Of a DNA stretch of 18,986 nucleotides, positions 6,441-17,472 are shown piece after piece; positions within the stretch are counted from its first letter, which is position 1; every line of letters begins with the position of its first letter. The stretch is taken from contig JAVKHQ010000031.1 of NCBI GenBank assembly GCA_031459875.1, forward strand, positions 13,740 to 32,725. Reading direction: 5' to 3'. The stretch is from Candidatus Fervidifonticultor sextus. GTDB taxonomy: Bacteria; Sysuimicrobiota; Sysuimicrobiia; Sysuimicrobiales; Humicultoraceae. The notes under the pieces are model-generated. The model did not search any database. It was given only the letters and a program-made list of their open reading frames with translations, and was not told the DNA's origin. Both the position numbers and the translations under genes were made by a program.

Positions 6441-7178
6441 TCAGGGAGGAGCATCCTCCACAACGCGGTTGCGCAGGATGCCGATCGGGGGAATCTCGAC
6501 CTCCACGACGTCGCCGACCTGGAGGGGTCCGACGCCGCGGGGGGTCCCGGTGGCGATCACATCGCCCGGCTCAAGGGTGACGAAGAACGAGATGATCTCG
6601 ATGAGGGCCGCCACGTCGAAGACCATGTCGCGGGTGTTGCCGGCCTGTCGGATCTCGCCGTTGACCCGCACCACGAGATCCAGCGCGCGGGGGTCCACCT
6701 CGCGGACGATCCACGGGCCCAGCGGCGCCGAGGCGTCGAAGGCCTTGGCGCGGAACCACTGCTTCTCCGTCTGCTGGATGTCCCGCGCCGTGATGTCGTT
6801 GAAGAGCGTGTATCCGTCTATGTACTCCAGGGCCCGGTTGCGGGGGACGTGGCGCCCGCGGCGGCCGATGACCACGGCGAGTTCGCCTTCGTACTCCAGG
6901 CGGGTCGTATGCCGGGGGTAGGGGATGGGCGCGTCGTGGCCGATCACCGCGCTCGGCGGCTTGAGGAACAGCACCGGCTCCACCGACGCCTCCCACTTGA
7001 GTTCAGCGGCGTGGTCCCGGTAGTTGAACCCCACACAGATCACCTTGGTGGGCACGCATGGGGGCGCGAAGGTCACCTCGTGGAGGGCCAGCCGACGGCC
7101 GTCCGGGGTGAGCACCCAGCCGCCGTCCACCTGAACGTCGAGGATCCGGCCGTCATGGACGATCCGAGCGTGCTTCAC
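6441..7178 (-). CDS. Fumarylacetoacetate hydrolase (FAH) family protein
   Basis: KVICVGFNYRDH, LFLKPPS, YEGELAVVIG, FNDITARD, W.RAK.FD...PLGP and GDVIATGTP.GVG. GTG start 7178 overlaps the tctA stop (GTGA). The track's 879-aa ORF is over-extended. Confidence 0.95.
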   Translation of the reverse strand: MKHARIVHDGRILDVQVDGGWVLTPDGRRLALHEVTFAPPCVPTKVICVGFNYRDHAAELKWEASVEPVLFLKPPSAVIGHDAPIPYPRHTTRLEYEGELAVVIGRRGRHVPRNRALEYIDGYTLFNDITARDIQQTEKQWFRAKAFDASAPLGPWIVREVDPRALDLVVRVNGEIRQAGNTRDMVFDVAALIEIISFFVTLEPGDVIATGTPRGVGPLQVGDVVEVEIPPIGILRNRVVEDAPP

Positions 7179-9142
7179 CGCCACACGAGCACCCCCGCAG
7201 GCCAGCGCAGGGCGAATCCAAAACTGAGCACGTGGAAGACTCCCACAGACACCACCGCGTACGCGACGGCCGGTAGCCAGCGCATCCCGGCGACCCATGT
7301 CAGGAACGCCAGCATGAACACCAGCGAAGCCGCGTGAAATCCGACGAGCCAGATCAGGAGCAGGTAGCCTGCGATCTGCAGGAACCGATGCAATTCGTCC
7401 CCGATGAGCACCGCCAGCCGGTCGGGGCCGAGTCCGTCGTCGCCGTTTTCGGCGGGACCAGGAGGCTCTCCTTGCACCGCCCGCAGCGTCTGGATCCCCG
7501 CCAGCGCGACCCCGGGGACGGTCACCAGCAGCGGCAGCAGCCTGGCATCGAACTGGAACCCCATGCCCTGCCACAGTGCCAAGGCCAGACATGCAAGGCA
7601 CGCGGCGCTGACCGTGGTCGTGAGCCGGCGCAGAGATCCGGTGGCCCGCGGCGCGGGCGGGGTCTCGACTGCCGGCCGGCTGCGCCTCCTGAGCCCCCGG
7701 ACGACGCCCCAGACCAGCGGAGCCACCAGCAGCACCCCGACGATCAGCACGCTCGGATACGCGAGCCACCGCCATCCATGGAGTTTCACGGTCAGCCAGA
7801 AGTAGCGTTCCATGGGCTTGGCCAGGACGAACCCGATGAGCAGGGGCGCGCGCGGCCATCCTGCCCGCTTCATCGCCCATCCCATGAGCCCCAACAGCCA
7901 CAGGGCGACCAGGTCGCCGAGGTGCCGCGTCGCCTGGTAGGCGCCCAGGACCATGGTGATCAGCAGCGGCGGCGCCACCCGCGCAAAGGGAATGTAGGTC
8001 ACGCGCGCAAGGATCGGGCTCACCAGGAACGATAGCGCGGCGCCCAGGATGTTGGCGAGCGCGAAGCTCCAGACGATCACATAGATCACGTCCAGGTGCT
8101 CGGCCACCAGCCGCGGACCGGGGTAAATGCCATAAGCGTAGAGGGCACCCAGGATGACGGCGGCGGCCGGCCCGCCCGGCACGCTGAAGAGCAGCGTGGG
8201 GATGAGGTCGCCGGCGCTGGCCGCATTGTTGGCGCTCTCGGGCGCGATGACCCCCCGGATGTCCCCCTTGCCGAAGGATCGCCGGTCGCGGCTCGTGGCC
8301 ACCGCGTGGCCATAACTCATCCAGGCGGCGGCCGTGGCGCCGATGGCGGGCAGGATGCCCGCCCACACCCCGATCGCGGCGCCACGGAGCACCAGCCACC
8401 GGTGCCTGATCACGTCGCGGATGCCGTCCATCCAGCCGCTGCCCAGGTCCACAGACCGGGCGATGGCGCCGCCCCGCGCCAGCAGCGAGACGACCTCCGC
8501 CAAGCCGAAGATCCCCAGCGCCACGACGACCAGCGAGAGGCCGTCGAGGAGATAGAGTTGCCCGAAGGTGTAGCGGAATTCCGCCGCGGCAGGGGCGGGG
8601 CCGACCAGGCCCAGCAGGAGGCCGAGGACCCCGGCCAGCAGGCCCCGCACGGGCGCCTTGCCCAGCAGGCTCCCGGCGTAGGTGATCCCCAGCGCGGTGA
8701 ACATGAACAGTTCCGGCGATCCCAGGACCATCACCAGGGGCCGTGCGACGGGGATCGCCAGGGTGAGGCCGAGCACGCCCAGGAATCCTCCGAGCAGCGA
8801 AGAGAGGAACGCCGCGGACAGCGCTCTGGCTGCCTGTCCCTGCTTGGCCAGCGGATGGCCTTCCAGGGCCGTGGGCGCCGATGCGGGCGAACCGGGCGTC
8901 CCCACGAGCACGGAGGAGATGGTGTCGGAGGTATAGACGACGGCCAGCGCACCGGTGAGCGTGGCAAGCGCCGTGCGCGCGTCGAGCCGTAAGATCAGCG
9001 GCAGCAGCACCGAGACGGCCACGATGCCCCCGAGTCCCGGCAGCATGCCGACGAGGAACCCGGCCAGGACGCCTCCGCACAGCAGCAGCAGACGGAGCGG
9101 GTCGCCGAAGACCGCCAGCGCGGCGACAGCCGCCTCGAGCAC
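7175..9142 (-). CDS. tctA: Tripartite tricarboxylate transporter permease TctA with a fused C-terminal TctB-like domain (copy 1)
   Basis: Repeated TctA signature GVLAGFLVGMLPGLGG / GAAIGVWAGILPAIGA, plus GTPG and GVIAPESANNA. About 150 extra C-terminal residues with several TM helices (ARLLP...LVGF..AS..F) resemble TctB. Confidence 0.9.
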   Translation of the reverse strand: MLEAAVAALAVFGDPLRLLLLCGGVLAGFLVGMLPGLGGIVAVSVLLPLILRLDARTALATLTGALAVVYTSDTISSVLVGTPGSPASAPTALEGHPLAKQGQAARALSAAFLSSLLGGFLGVLGLTLAIPVARPLVMVLGSPELFMFTALGITYAGSLLGKAPVRGLLAGVLGLLLGLVGPAPAAAEFRYTFGQLYLLDGLSLVVVALGIFGLAEVVSLLARGGAIARSVDLGSGWMDGIRDVIRHRWLVLRGAAIGVWAGILPAIGATAAAWMSYGHAVATSRDRRSFGKGDIRGVIAPESANNAASAGDLIPTLLFSVPGGPAAAVILGALYAYGIYPGPRLVAEHLDVIYVIVWSFALANILGAALSFLVSPILARVTYIPFARVAPPLLITMVLGAYQATRHLGDLVALWLLGLMGWAMKRAGWPRAPLLIGFVLAKPMERYFWLTVKLHGWRWLAYPSVLIVGVLLVAPLVWGVVRGLRRRSRPAVETPPAPRATGSLRRLTTTVSAACLACLALALWQGMGFQFDARLLPLLVTVPGVALAGIQTLRAVQGEPPGPAENGDDGLGPDRLAVLIGDELHRFLQIAGYLLLIWLVGFHAASLVFMLAFLTWVAGMRWLPAVAYAVVSVGVFHVLSFGFALRWPAGVLVWR

Positions 9143-9186
9143 GCTACGCTCCGCGGACGGCCGGCATGGTCGGACCCCTCCGCCCC

Positions 9187-10284
9187 CTAGAAGCGCACGC
9201 CGTACTTGTCACGCAACAGGTCCGTGAGGTACTTCGTGACGTCCAGCGTGGGGCGCATGGCCTTCTGCACCGCACGTTCGACGGTATCGCCCCTCCTCAG
9301 CGGATAGCCGCCGGTCACCGACTTCCCCCGCTCCTGGAAGTCACGATCCGCGTTGATCCGGTCTGCGGCCTCGTAGATGGCCCGCAGCGCGTCGGGTGGC
9401 GTGCCTTCCGGAGCCCACCAGGTCAGTCCATACGTGAAGGTGAGGACCGATGCCGCCTCATACGCGCGCCACCGCGGGCCCGCGGGCCGGCTGCCGTAGA
9501 GTTCGCGGTAGACTTCGAAGACCGACGGTAAATCCGGCACCACCGGATCGCGCGACACCAGCTCGCCCCGTTCGTTGGGGAACCCTCCGGTCATGATGGG
9601 GACCGCCTTGGCTTCCTTTACGAGTGGGACGACCTGCGTGAGGTAAACCGGCGTGAACTGGAAGTCCAGGTTCGTCTCCCCCCGCTCAAAGGCGAGCCGG
9701 ATGGGCCCCCGTCCCTCGAAGCCCAGGACGGTCTTCACGTTGAGCTTCAACAGTTCGAAGGCGACCAGGACGGGGAGGTCGCTGCCGGTGGCCGCGATAC
9801 CTCCGTAGACGAGCGGCTCGCCAGGCTTGAGGAGGTCGGCCGGCTTCCGGACACCGGTGCGGGGTGAGACGTAGACCACCGGGCCGAAGGCGAGCGTCAT
9901 CGCCACGCGCATCTTGCTCAGGTCATAGCGGGCCGAAGGATGTCCGAACAGGTAGGGGAACACGGTCGACGAGGTGGTGCACATGAGCATAAGGCCGTCG
10001 GGTCTGGCGTTGGCCGCGAAGAAACTCGCCCCCAGCATCGACCCACCCCCCGGGACATTCCTCACCGTGACCCGCGGGTTTCCGGCGATGTGCTTCTCCA
10101 GAAAGGGTGCGGCAAACCTCGCGCCGACGTCCGCGGCTCCGCCCGGTGCGAACGGAACGATGACCTCGATGCTCTTGCCCGCGTAATAGGCGGCCTGGCT
10201 CTGGGCGGGCGCGGACGGAAGCGCCACCAGCAGCACCGCCATCGCGACACCCACCATCACCCACTGACCCCTGTCCCTGATCAT
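9187..10284 (-). CDS. tctC: TTT substrate-binding protein, TctC/Bug family (copy 1)
   Basis: Signal peptide, then YYAGKSIEVIVPFAPGGAAD, NVPGGGS, RPDG, AFERGE and APEGTP. Start ATG 10284 (alternative TTG 10299). Confidence 0.9.
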   Translation of the reverse strand: MIRDRGQWVMVGVAMAVLLVALPSAPAQSQAAYYAGKSIEVIVPFAPGGAADVGARFAAPFLEKHIAGNPRVTVRNVPGGGSMLGASFFAANARPDGLMLMCTTSSTVFPYLFGHPSARYDLSKMRVAMTLAFGPVVYVSPRTGVRKPADLLKPGEPLVYGGIAATGSDLPVLVAFELLKLNVKTVLGFEGRGPIRLAFERGETNLDFQFTPVYLTQVVPLVKEAKAVPIMTGGFPNERGELVSRDPVVPDLPSVFEVYRELYGSRPAGPRWRAYEAASVLTFTYGLTWWAPEGTPPDALRAIYEAADRINADRDFQERGKSVTGGYPLRRGDTVERAVQKAMRPTLDVTKYLTDLLRDKYGVRF

Positions 10285-10319
10285 CTTGGCTCCCCCCAAA
10301 GTCTCCTTCCCGATTCGGC

Positions 10320-11555
10320 TTATCTCCCTTTGCGCAATCGACGACCACGCCGACGACGTGCGGGCCGCGCCTCGGCGCGCGCCCGGCGCCTGACCGGGCT
10401 CCGCCGGCCAGCGGCCTCCGCGTGCTCCAGGATGTCGAGGACCCCCTCGACCCGATCCACCAGGTAGATCAGGCCGTCGGCGTCCACGTAGACGTCGTTA
10501 GACTGGGGCACGCCAGAGGAGACCTCGGGCAGGTACCAGGCGACCTCCTCCGGCCGCATCGGATCGCGGATGTCCACCACCCGCAGCCCACCCGCAAAGT
10601 ACGTGAGGTAGATGCGGTCTTCGCTCTGGAAGCCGCCGGGCCGGTTCTCGTGGATGTTGTGCGGCCCGAACCGGAAGCGGGGATCGGCCAGGCCGTCGGG
10701 ATCTACCCGAAAGGCCGCGACGGGAATGGGGTTGGTCTCCTCGCGGACGTCCACGATCCACAGGTACTTCTCCCGGTCCCACCCCTCACGCCATGGCTTC
10801 AACCCCTCCTGGGTGCAGATGACCAGGCCGCGGCCCGGCAGGGGCAGCGCGGTGTGCAGCATGTCCCCAAACGGTGGGTGGAAGGTGTGCCGGGTGATCA
10901 GGCGCGGCTGTGCCCAGGAACTCACATCGAGAATCGCCCACCCCCAGTCGACGCATCCCACGTAGCAGCGGTTTCCCACGACGAACGGCGCGCCGTGCAC
11001 CCGCACCCGCCAGGTGGTCGGCCAGCCGGGCCGTTCACCTCCGGCGGTCCACTGGCCGGGGATCCACCAGCGGCCCACCTCGCGCGGGCGGTCGGGGTGC
11101 TCCAGGTCGAGGATCCGGTAGATCTGGTCGGAGAAGCCGTCGGCGCCCGCAGACAGGTGGGCGTATCGGCCGTCGACGAACCAGAACCGGTGCACGCCGG
11201 GACCGCCAGTTTGGAAGAACGTGAGCAGGCGTGGCCGGGTGGGGTCTGCCACGTCGTAGATGCCGACGCCCGCGCTGAACTCCGTGCCCTGGTAGCCGGG
11301 CAGCCGCTCGTGGTTGGCGATCATGAGGTCGCCCGCCACCTGCACTTTGTGGGCGTGGGTGTTGGGCGGCACCGAGAGCTGCGCGACGACTTTGGGCCTG
11401 CGGGGGTCCCGCACGTCCACGATGGTCGTGCCGACGTCGTGCATCGGCGCGATGTAGGCGTACCCCCGGTGGACGACCACCTGGCCCGCCCCGACCGGGC
11501 CGTACGTCGTCCGGCTGATCAGGCGCAGGTTGTGCAGGCGCGTGCGTGCGGCCAC
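10320..11555 (-). CDS. LVIVD-repeat beta-propeller protein, His-rich, with an Arg-rich C-terminal tail
   Basis: Repeats TIVDVRDPRRP, GIYDVADPTRP, RILDLEHPDRP, AILDVSSWAQP, WIVDVREETNP and RVVDIRDPMRP. AGGAGG SD lies 8 nt before GTG 11555. Confidence 0.88.
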   Translation of the reverse strand: MAARTRLHNLRLISRTTYGPVGAGQVVVHRGYAYIAPMHDVGTTIVDVRDPRRPKVVAQLSVPPNTHAHKVQVAGDLMIANHERLPGYQGTEFSAGVGIYDVADPTRPRLLTFFQTGGPGVHRFWFVDGRYAHLSAGADGFSDQIYRILDLEHPDRPREVGRWWIPGQWTAGGERPGWPTTWRVRVHGAPFVVGNRCYVGCVDWGWAILDVSSWAQPRLITRHTFHPPFGDMLHTALPLPGRGLVICTQEGLKPWREGWDREKYLWIVDVREETNPIPVAAFRVDPDGLADPRFRFGPHNIHENRPGGFQSEDRIYLTYFAGGLRVVDIRDPMRPEEVAWYLPEVSSGVPQSNDVYVDADGLIYLVDRVEGVLDILEHAEAAGRRSPVRRRARAEARPARRRRGRRLRKGR

Positions 11556-11604
11556 AGCGATCCCTCCTGTCGGTAGCATTGGCCCCAGGTCCCCGCGATC
11601 GCTC

Positions 11605-13542
11605 TCACGGCCAGCGTCCCAGCAGCCCCGGAGGCCAGTGAACCCCCAGCAGCGCTCCCAGCCCGCTGATGGTGGCAATGGTCGCCGCGGTGAAGAACAG
11701 GGCGGGGCCCGGCCGCATTCGGGCCGGGCCGAGCAGAAACAGCAGCATGAAGGCGGCGGCGGCCGGGTGGAAACCCGCCAGCCACAGCAAGACGAAGAAG
11801 CCGGCCAGGGTCGCAAACCCGAAGAGTCCGGCGCGGCGGTCGGCCGGCGACGGCGGCTCCTCATCCCCCATCGTCGACCGACCCTGGAGGGCCCTGACCA
11901 CCTGCACGGCGGCGAGCACCAGCCCCGGGGTCGCGGCCACCAGCGGCATCAGGCGTGCCCCCGGGACGAAGCCTCTGATCATCACCAGGGCGCCTGCAAA
12001 GACGAGGAGCACCACAAGGCTGAGGACGATGTCCAGCGGCATGCGGCGGGGCGGGGCTGGCGCGGCGAGCTCTGCCGCCTTCCGGCGCCGGAGGGACGCC
12101 CACAGCCCCCAGAGAAACGGCGCCACGAGGATGGCGCCGATGATCACCACACCCGGCCGCGTCAACCAGGCGGAGCCGTAGAGGTTCGTGGTGATGACGA
12201 AGTACCGCTCCATCGGGCCGGCCAGCACGAACCCAATGAGCAGCGGCGCCCGGGGCCAGCCGCTCTTGCTCATCATCCAGCCCAGCAGGCCCAGCAGGAA
12301 CAGCGCGACCAGGTCCCCCATGTCCTGGGTGGTCTGGTAGGCGCCCAGCGCGATGGTGATCAGCACCGGCGCCGCCAGCCGGACGAACGGTACGTAGGTG
12401 ATCCGGGCCAGCGCCGGACTGACCGCGAAGCAGGTGCCGGCGCCCAGCACGTTGGCGATGGCGTAACTCCAGACTATCACGTAAATCAGGGGCAGGTGCT
12501 CGGTGACGATGCGCGGGCCCGGCAGGATGCCGTAGCGCAGCAGCGCCCCGACCAGCAGCGCGGCCGAGGCGCTGCCCGGCACCCAGAAGAGCAGGGTCGG
12601 GATCAGGTCCCCGGCGGCCACCGCGTTGTTGGCGGCCTCCGGCGCGATGATCCCGCGGATGTCCCCCTTGCCGAAACGGGACCGGTCCCGGCTGGCGGCG
12701 ACCACGTGGCCGTAGGCCATCCAGGTGCCGGCCGTGGCGCCCAGCGCCGGCAGGATGCCCGCCCACACGCCGATCAGCGCCCCGCGCAGGACCAGCCAGC
12801 GGTGCTGCAGCACGTCCCGGATCCCCTGGAGCCAGCCGACCCCGACGCCGGTGGCCGAAGCGATGGCGCCCCCGCGCGCCAGCAGCGTGATGACCTCGGC
12901 GATCCCGAAGATCCCCAGCGCCACCACCACCAGCGGAATGCCGTCCATCAGGTAGAGCCGCCCGAAGTCAAAACGGACCTGCGCCGCTGCCGGCGAGGGG
13001 CCGATCATTCCCAGCAGGATGCCCAGCAGGCCGGCCAGCAGGCCCTTGCGTGCCTCCTTGCCGAGCAGGCTGCCGGCGTAGCTGACCCCCAGGGCCGTCA
13101 GCATGAAGAGTTCGGGCGAGCCCAGCGCGAGCACCAGCGGCCGCGCGATGGGAACGGCCAGCGTCAGCCCCAGCGCGCCGATGAGGCCGCCGATCAGCGA
13201 CGAGAGAAACGCCGCGGCTAGCGCCCGCGCCGCCTGCCCCTGTTTCGCCAGCGCGTGCCCTTCGATCACCGAGGTCGCCGATGCGGCTGACCCCGGCGCG
13301 CCGATGAGCACCGACGTGATCGTATCCGAGGTGTGGACCACCGCCAGTGCACCGGTCAGCACCGCCGCGGCGGCGATGGCGTCCAGTTTGTAGATGTACG
13401 GCAGGATCAGCGAGACGGCCACGATGCCGCCCATGCCCGGCAGCACGCCCACGACCAGGCCCGCGGCGACTCCGGCGAAGAGCAGCGCCAGCCGGCCGGG
13501 GTCGGCGAAGATCCCGAGTGCGGTGAGGGCGGCCTCAACCAT
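11605..13542 (-). CDS. tctA: TctA with a fused C-terminal TctB-like domain (copy 2)
   Basis: GVAAGLVVGVLPGMGG / GALIGVWAGILPALGA and GIIAPEAANNA. Colinear with copy 1, including the TctB-like tail. Confidence 0.9.
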   Translation of the reverse strand: MVEAALTALGIFADPGRLALLFAGVAAGLVVGVLPGMGGIVAVSLILPYIYKLDAIAAAAVLTGALAVVHTSDTITSVLIGAPGSAASATSVIEGHALAKQGQAARALAAAFLSSLIGGLIGALGLTLAVPIARPLVLALGSPELFMLTALGVSYAGSLLGKEARKGLLAGLLGILLGMIGPSPAAAQVRFDFGRLYLMDGIPLVVVALGIFGIAEVITLLARGGAIASATGVGVGWLQGIRDVLQHRWLVLRGALIGVWAGILPALGATAGTWMAYGHVVAASRDRSRFGKGDIRGIIAPEAANNAVAAGDLIPTLLFWVPGSASAALLVGALLRYGILPGPRIVTEHLPLIYVIVWSYAIANVLGAGTCFAVSPALARITYVPFVRLAAPVLITIALGAYQTTQDMGDLVALFLLGLLGWMMSKSGWPRAPLLIGFVLAGPMERYFVITTNLYGSAWLTRPGVVIIGAILVAPFLWGLWASLRRRKAAELAAPAPPRRMPLDIVLSLVVLLVFAGALVMIRGFVPGARLMPLVAATPGLVLAAVQVVRALQGRSTMGDEEPPSPADRRAGLFGFATLAGFFVLLWLAGFHPAAAAFMLLFLLGPARMRPGPALFFTAATIATISGLGALLGVHWPPGLLGRWP

Positions 13543-13569
13543 AGGCGACGGGACCGGTCGGTGCCGGCG

Positions 13570-14643
13570 CTAGATGGCCTGCCCGTACTTTTGGAGCATC
13601 AGGTCCCGGATGAACTTCCGCACGTCCAGCGTGACCCCCAATCCTCGATGCACCTGCGGTTCCACCAGGTCGCCGCGGATCAGCGCGTACCCTTCGAGGA
13701 GCCTCCTGGCCTGCTCCTGAAAGTCCCGATCCTGGTTCATCCGCTCGATCGCCTGGTGCAGCGCCCGCAGCGGCTCCGCCGGTGTCCCCTCGGGCACCCA
13801 CAGCCCCCGGCCGTAGACCCACGCCGCAGCCACGGTGGCCCGGAACGCCTTCCAGCGCAGCAACCCGTCCGGCTTACGGCCGTGAAGTTGCCGGTAGACC
13901 TCGTACACCGTGGGCAGGTCGGGGACCGCCGGGTCCCTGACGATCTGTCCCTTCTCGTCGATGTAGCCCAGGGTCATCAGCGGGGTGGCCTTCCCCTCGC
14001 GGACCAGGGGCAGCACCTGCGTGACGTACACGATGGTGGCCTGGAAATCCAGGTTCAGTTCCCCACGCTCGAAGGCCAGGCGGGCCGGCCCCACCCCTTC
14101 GAACCCGAAGACCACGCGGGGATTGACGCCCAGCAGTTCGAAGGCCAGCAGCGCGGTCAGCACGTTGCCGGGCGGCGAGGGGCTCCCCATGACCAGGCCC
14201 TGTGCCCTCACCAGGTCGGCGGCCTGCCGGAGGCCGGTCCGGGGCGAGACGTAGAACACCGCGCCGCTGCCGCTGATGGCGACGAGTTTGAACTTCCGGA
14301 AGTCGTAGCGGACGGCGGGGTTCTCCACCATGTACGCGATCTTGGATCCGACCGGGCTGGCCAGCAACGTCAGCCCGTCCGGCCTGGCATTGGCCGAGAA
14401 CCAGTTCGACCCGAGCACGGTCCCGCCGCCGGGGATGTTGCGGATGCGGACTGCAGGGTTGCCGGCGATGTGCTTCTCCAGGAACGGCGCAAAGGATCGA
14501 ATCAGAATGTCCGAGGGCCCGCCCACGGCCGTGGGCACGATGATCTCGATGGTCTTCCCCGCATAGTACGGCGCCTGTCCGGACGCCGGCGTCCCCCACA
14601 ACCCGACCACCGTCAGGACGGCCGCCGCCACCAGTGCTCTCAC
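13570..14643 (-). CDS. tctC: TTT substrate-binding protein, TctC/Bug family (copy 2)
   Basis: Signal peptide VRALVAAAVLTVVGLWGTPASG, then YYAGKTIEIIVP, NIPGGG, RPDG, AFERGE and VPEGTP. Start GTG 14643 or 14652. The track's 796-aa ORF is over-extended. Confidence 0.88.
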   Translation of the reverse strand: MRALVAAAVLTVVGLWGTPASGQAPYYAGKTIEIIVPTAVGGPSDILIRSFAPFLEKHIAGNPAVRIRNIPGGGTVLGSNWFSANARPDGLTLLASPVGSKIAYMVENPAVRYDFRKFKLVAISGSGAVFYVSPRTGLRQAADLVRAQGLVMGSPSPPGNVLTALLAFELLGVNPRVVFGFEGVGPARLAFERGELNLDFQATIVYVTQVLPLVREGKATPLMTLGYIDEKGQIVRDPAVPDLPTVYEVYRQLHGRKPDGLLRWKAFRATVAAAWVYGRGLWVPEGTPAEPLRALHQAIERMNQDRDFQEQARRLLEGYALIRGDLVEPQVHRGLGVTLDVRKFIRDLMLQKYGQAI

Positions 14644-14659
14644 CTCGTCCACCCCCTCC

Positions 14660-16981
<2,322 letters not shown>

Positions 16982-16989
16982 GGTGGCCC

Positions 16990-17472
16990 TCAGGTCCCGG
17001 CCGGCCGCCACTCGCAGGCCTGCTCCAGGAACACCGTCTCGTGGCGGCCGCAGGAGAAGTATTCCAGGAACCGCAGGGGCACGTCGGGGTCGGCGAAGAC
17101 CTTGTGCACGTCGCCCTCGGCGATCCAGACCACCGTGTTCGGACCCAGCGGGTACTCCCGGTCGTTGATCACGATCCGCCCGCGGCCTTCCAGGACGAAG
17201 AAGAAGTGATCGGTCCCGCGGTGGTAGTGCAGGGGAGAAGTACCGCCTGGCGCGTAATCCAGCACGTCCACCAGCAGGTCCTTGCCCGTCACCGGCGCGT
17301 TGAGCAGGACCCGTTTCCTCCGGCCGTCGCGCTCGGAGCCGAGGACGGGCACGTCGTCCAGGTGGAACACCTTGGAGCCTCCCGGAGCGGCGTCAATGCC
17401 CACATCGGCGTCGATCAACCCGTGGTGGGGGATCGTCCGGTCCTCGCGAGCCTTCGGCTTGGCGTCCGTCAT
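16990..17472 (-). CDS. Cupin domain protein
   Basis: Motif 1 PGGTSPLHYHRGTDHFFFVLEG and motif 2 GPNTVVWIAEGDVHKV. ATGA overlap with the upstream TRAP stop; GGAGG SD. Confidence 0.9.
   Translation of the reverse strand: MTDAKPKAREDRTIPHHGLIDADVGIDAAPGGSKVFHLDDVPVLGSERDGRRKRVLLNAPVTGKDLLVDVLDYAPGGTSPLHYHRGTDHFFFVLEGRGRIVINDREYPLGPNTVVWIAEGDVHKVFADPDVPLRFLEYFSCGRHETVFLEQACEWRPAGT

Noticed and set aside
6441..9080. 879-aa ORF suggesting a large FAH fusion
   Set aside because: The N-terminal part is an alternative frame over tctA. The real gene starts at GTG 7178 with a GTGA overlap.
11556..11603. 7-bp inverted repeat AGCGATC/GATCGCT bracketing the tctA2-LVIVD intergenic region
   Set aside because: Short stem with a long loop; compatible with chance.
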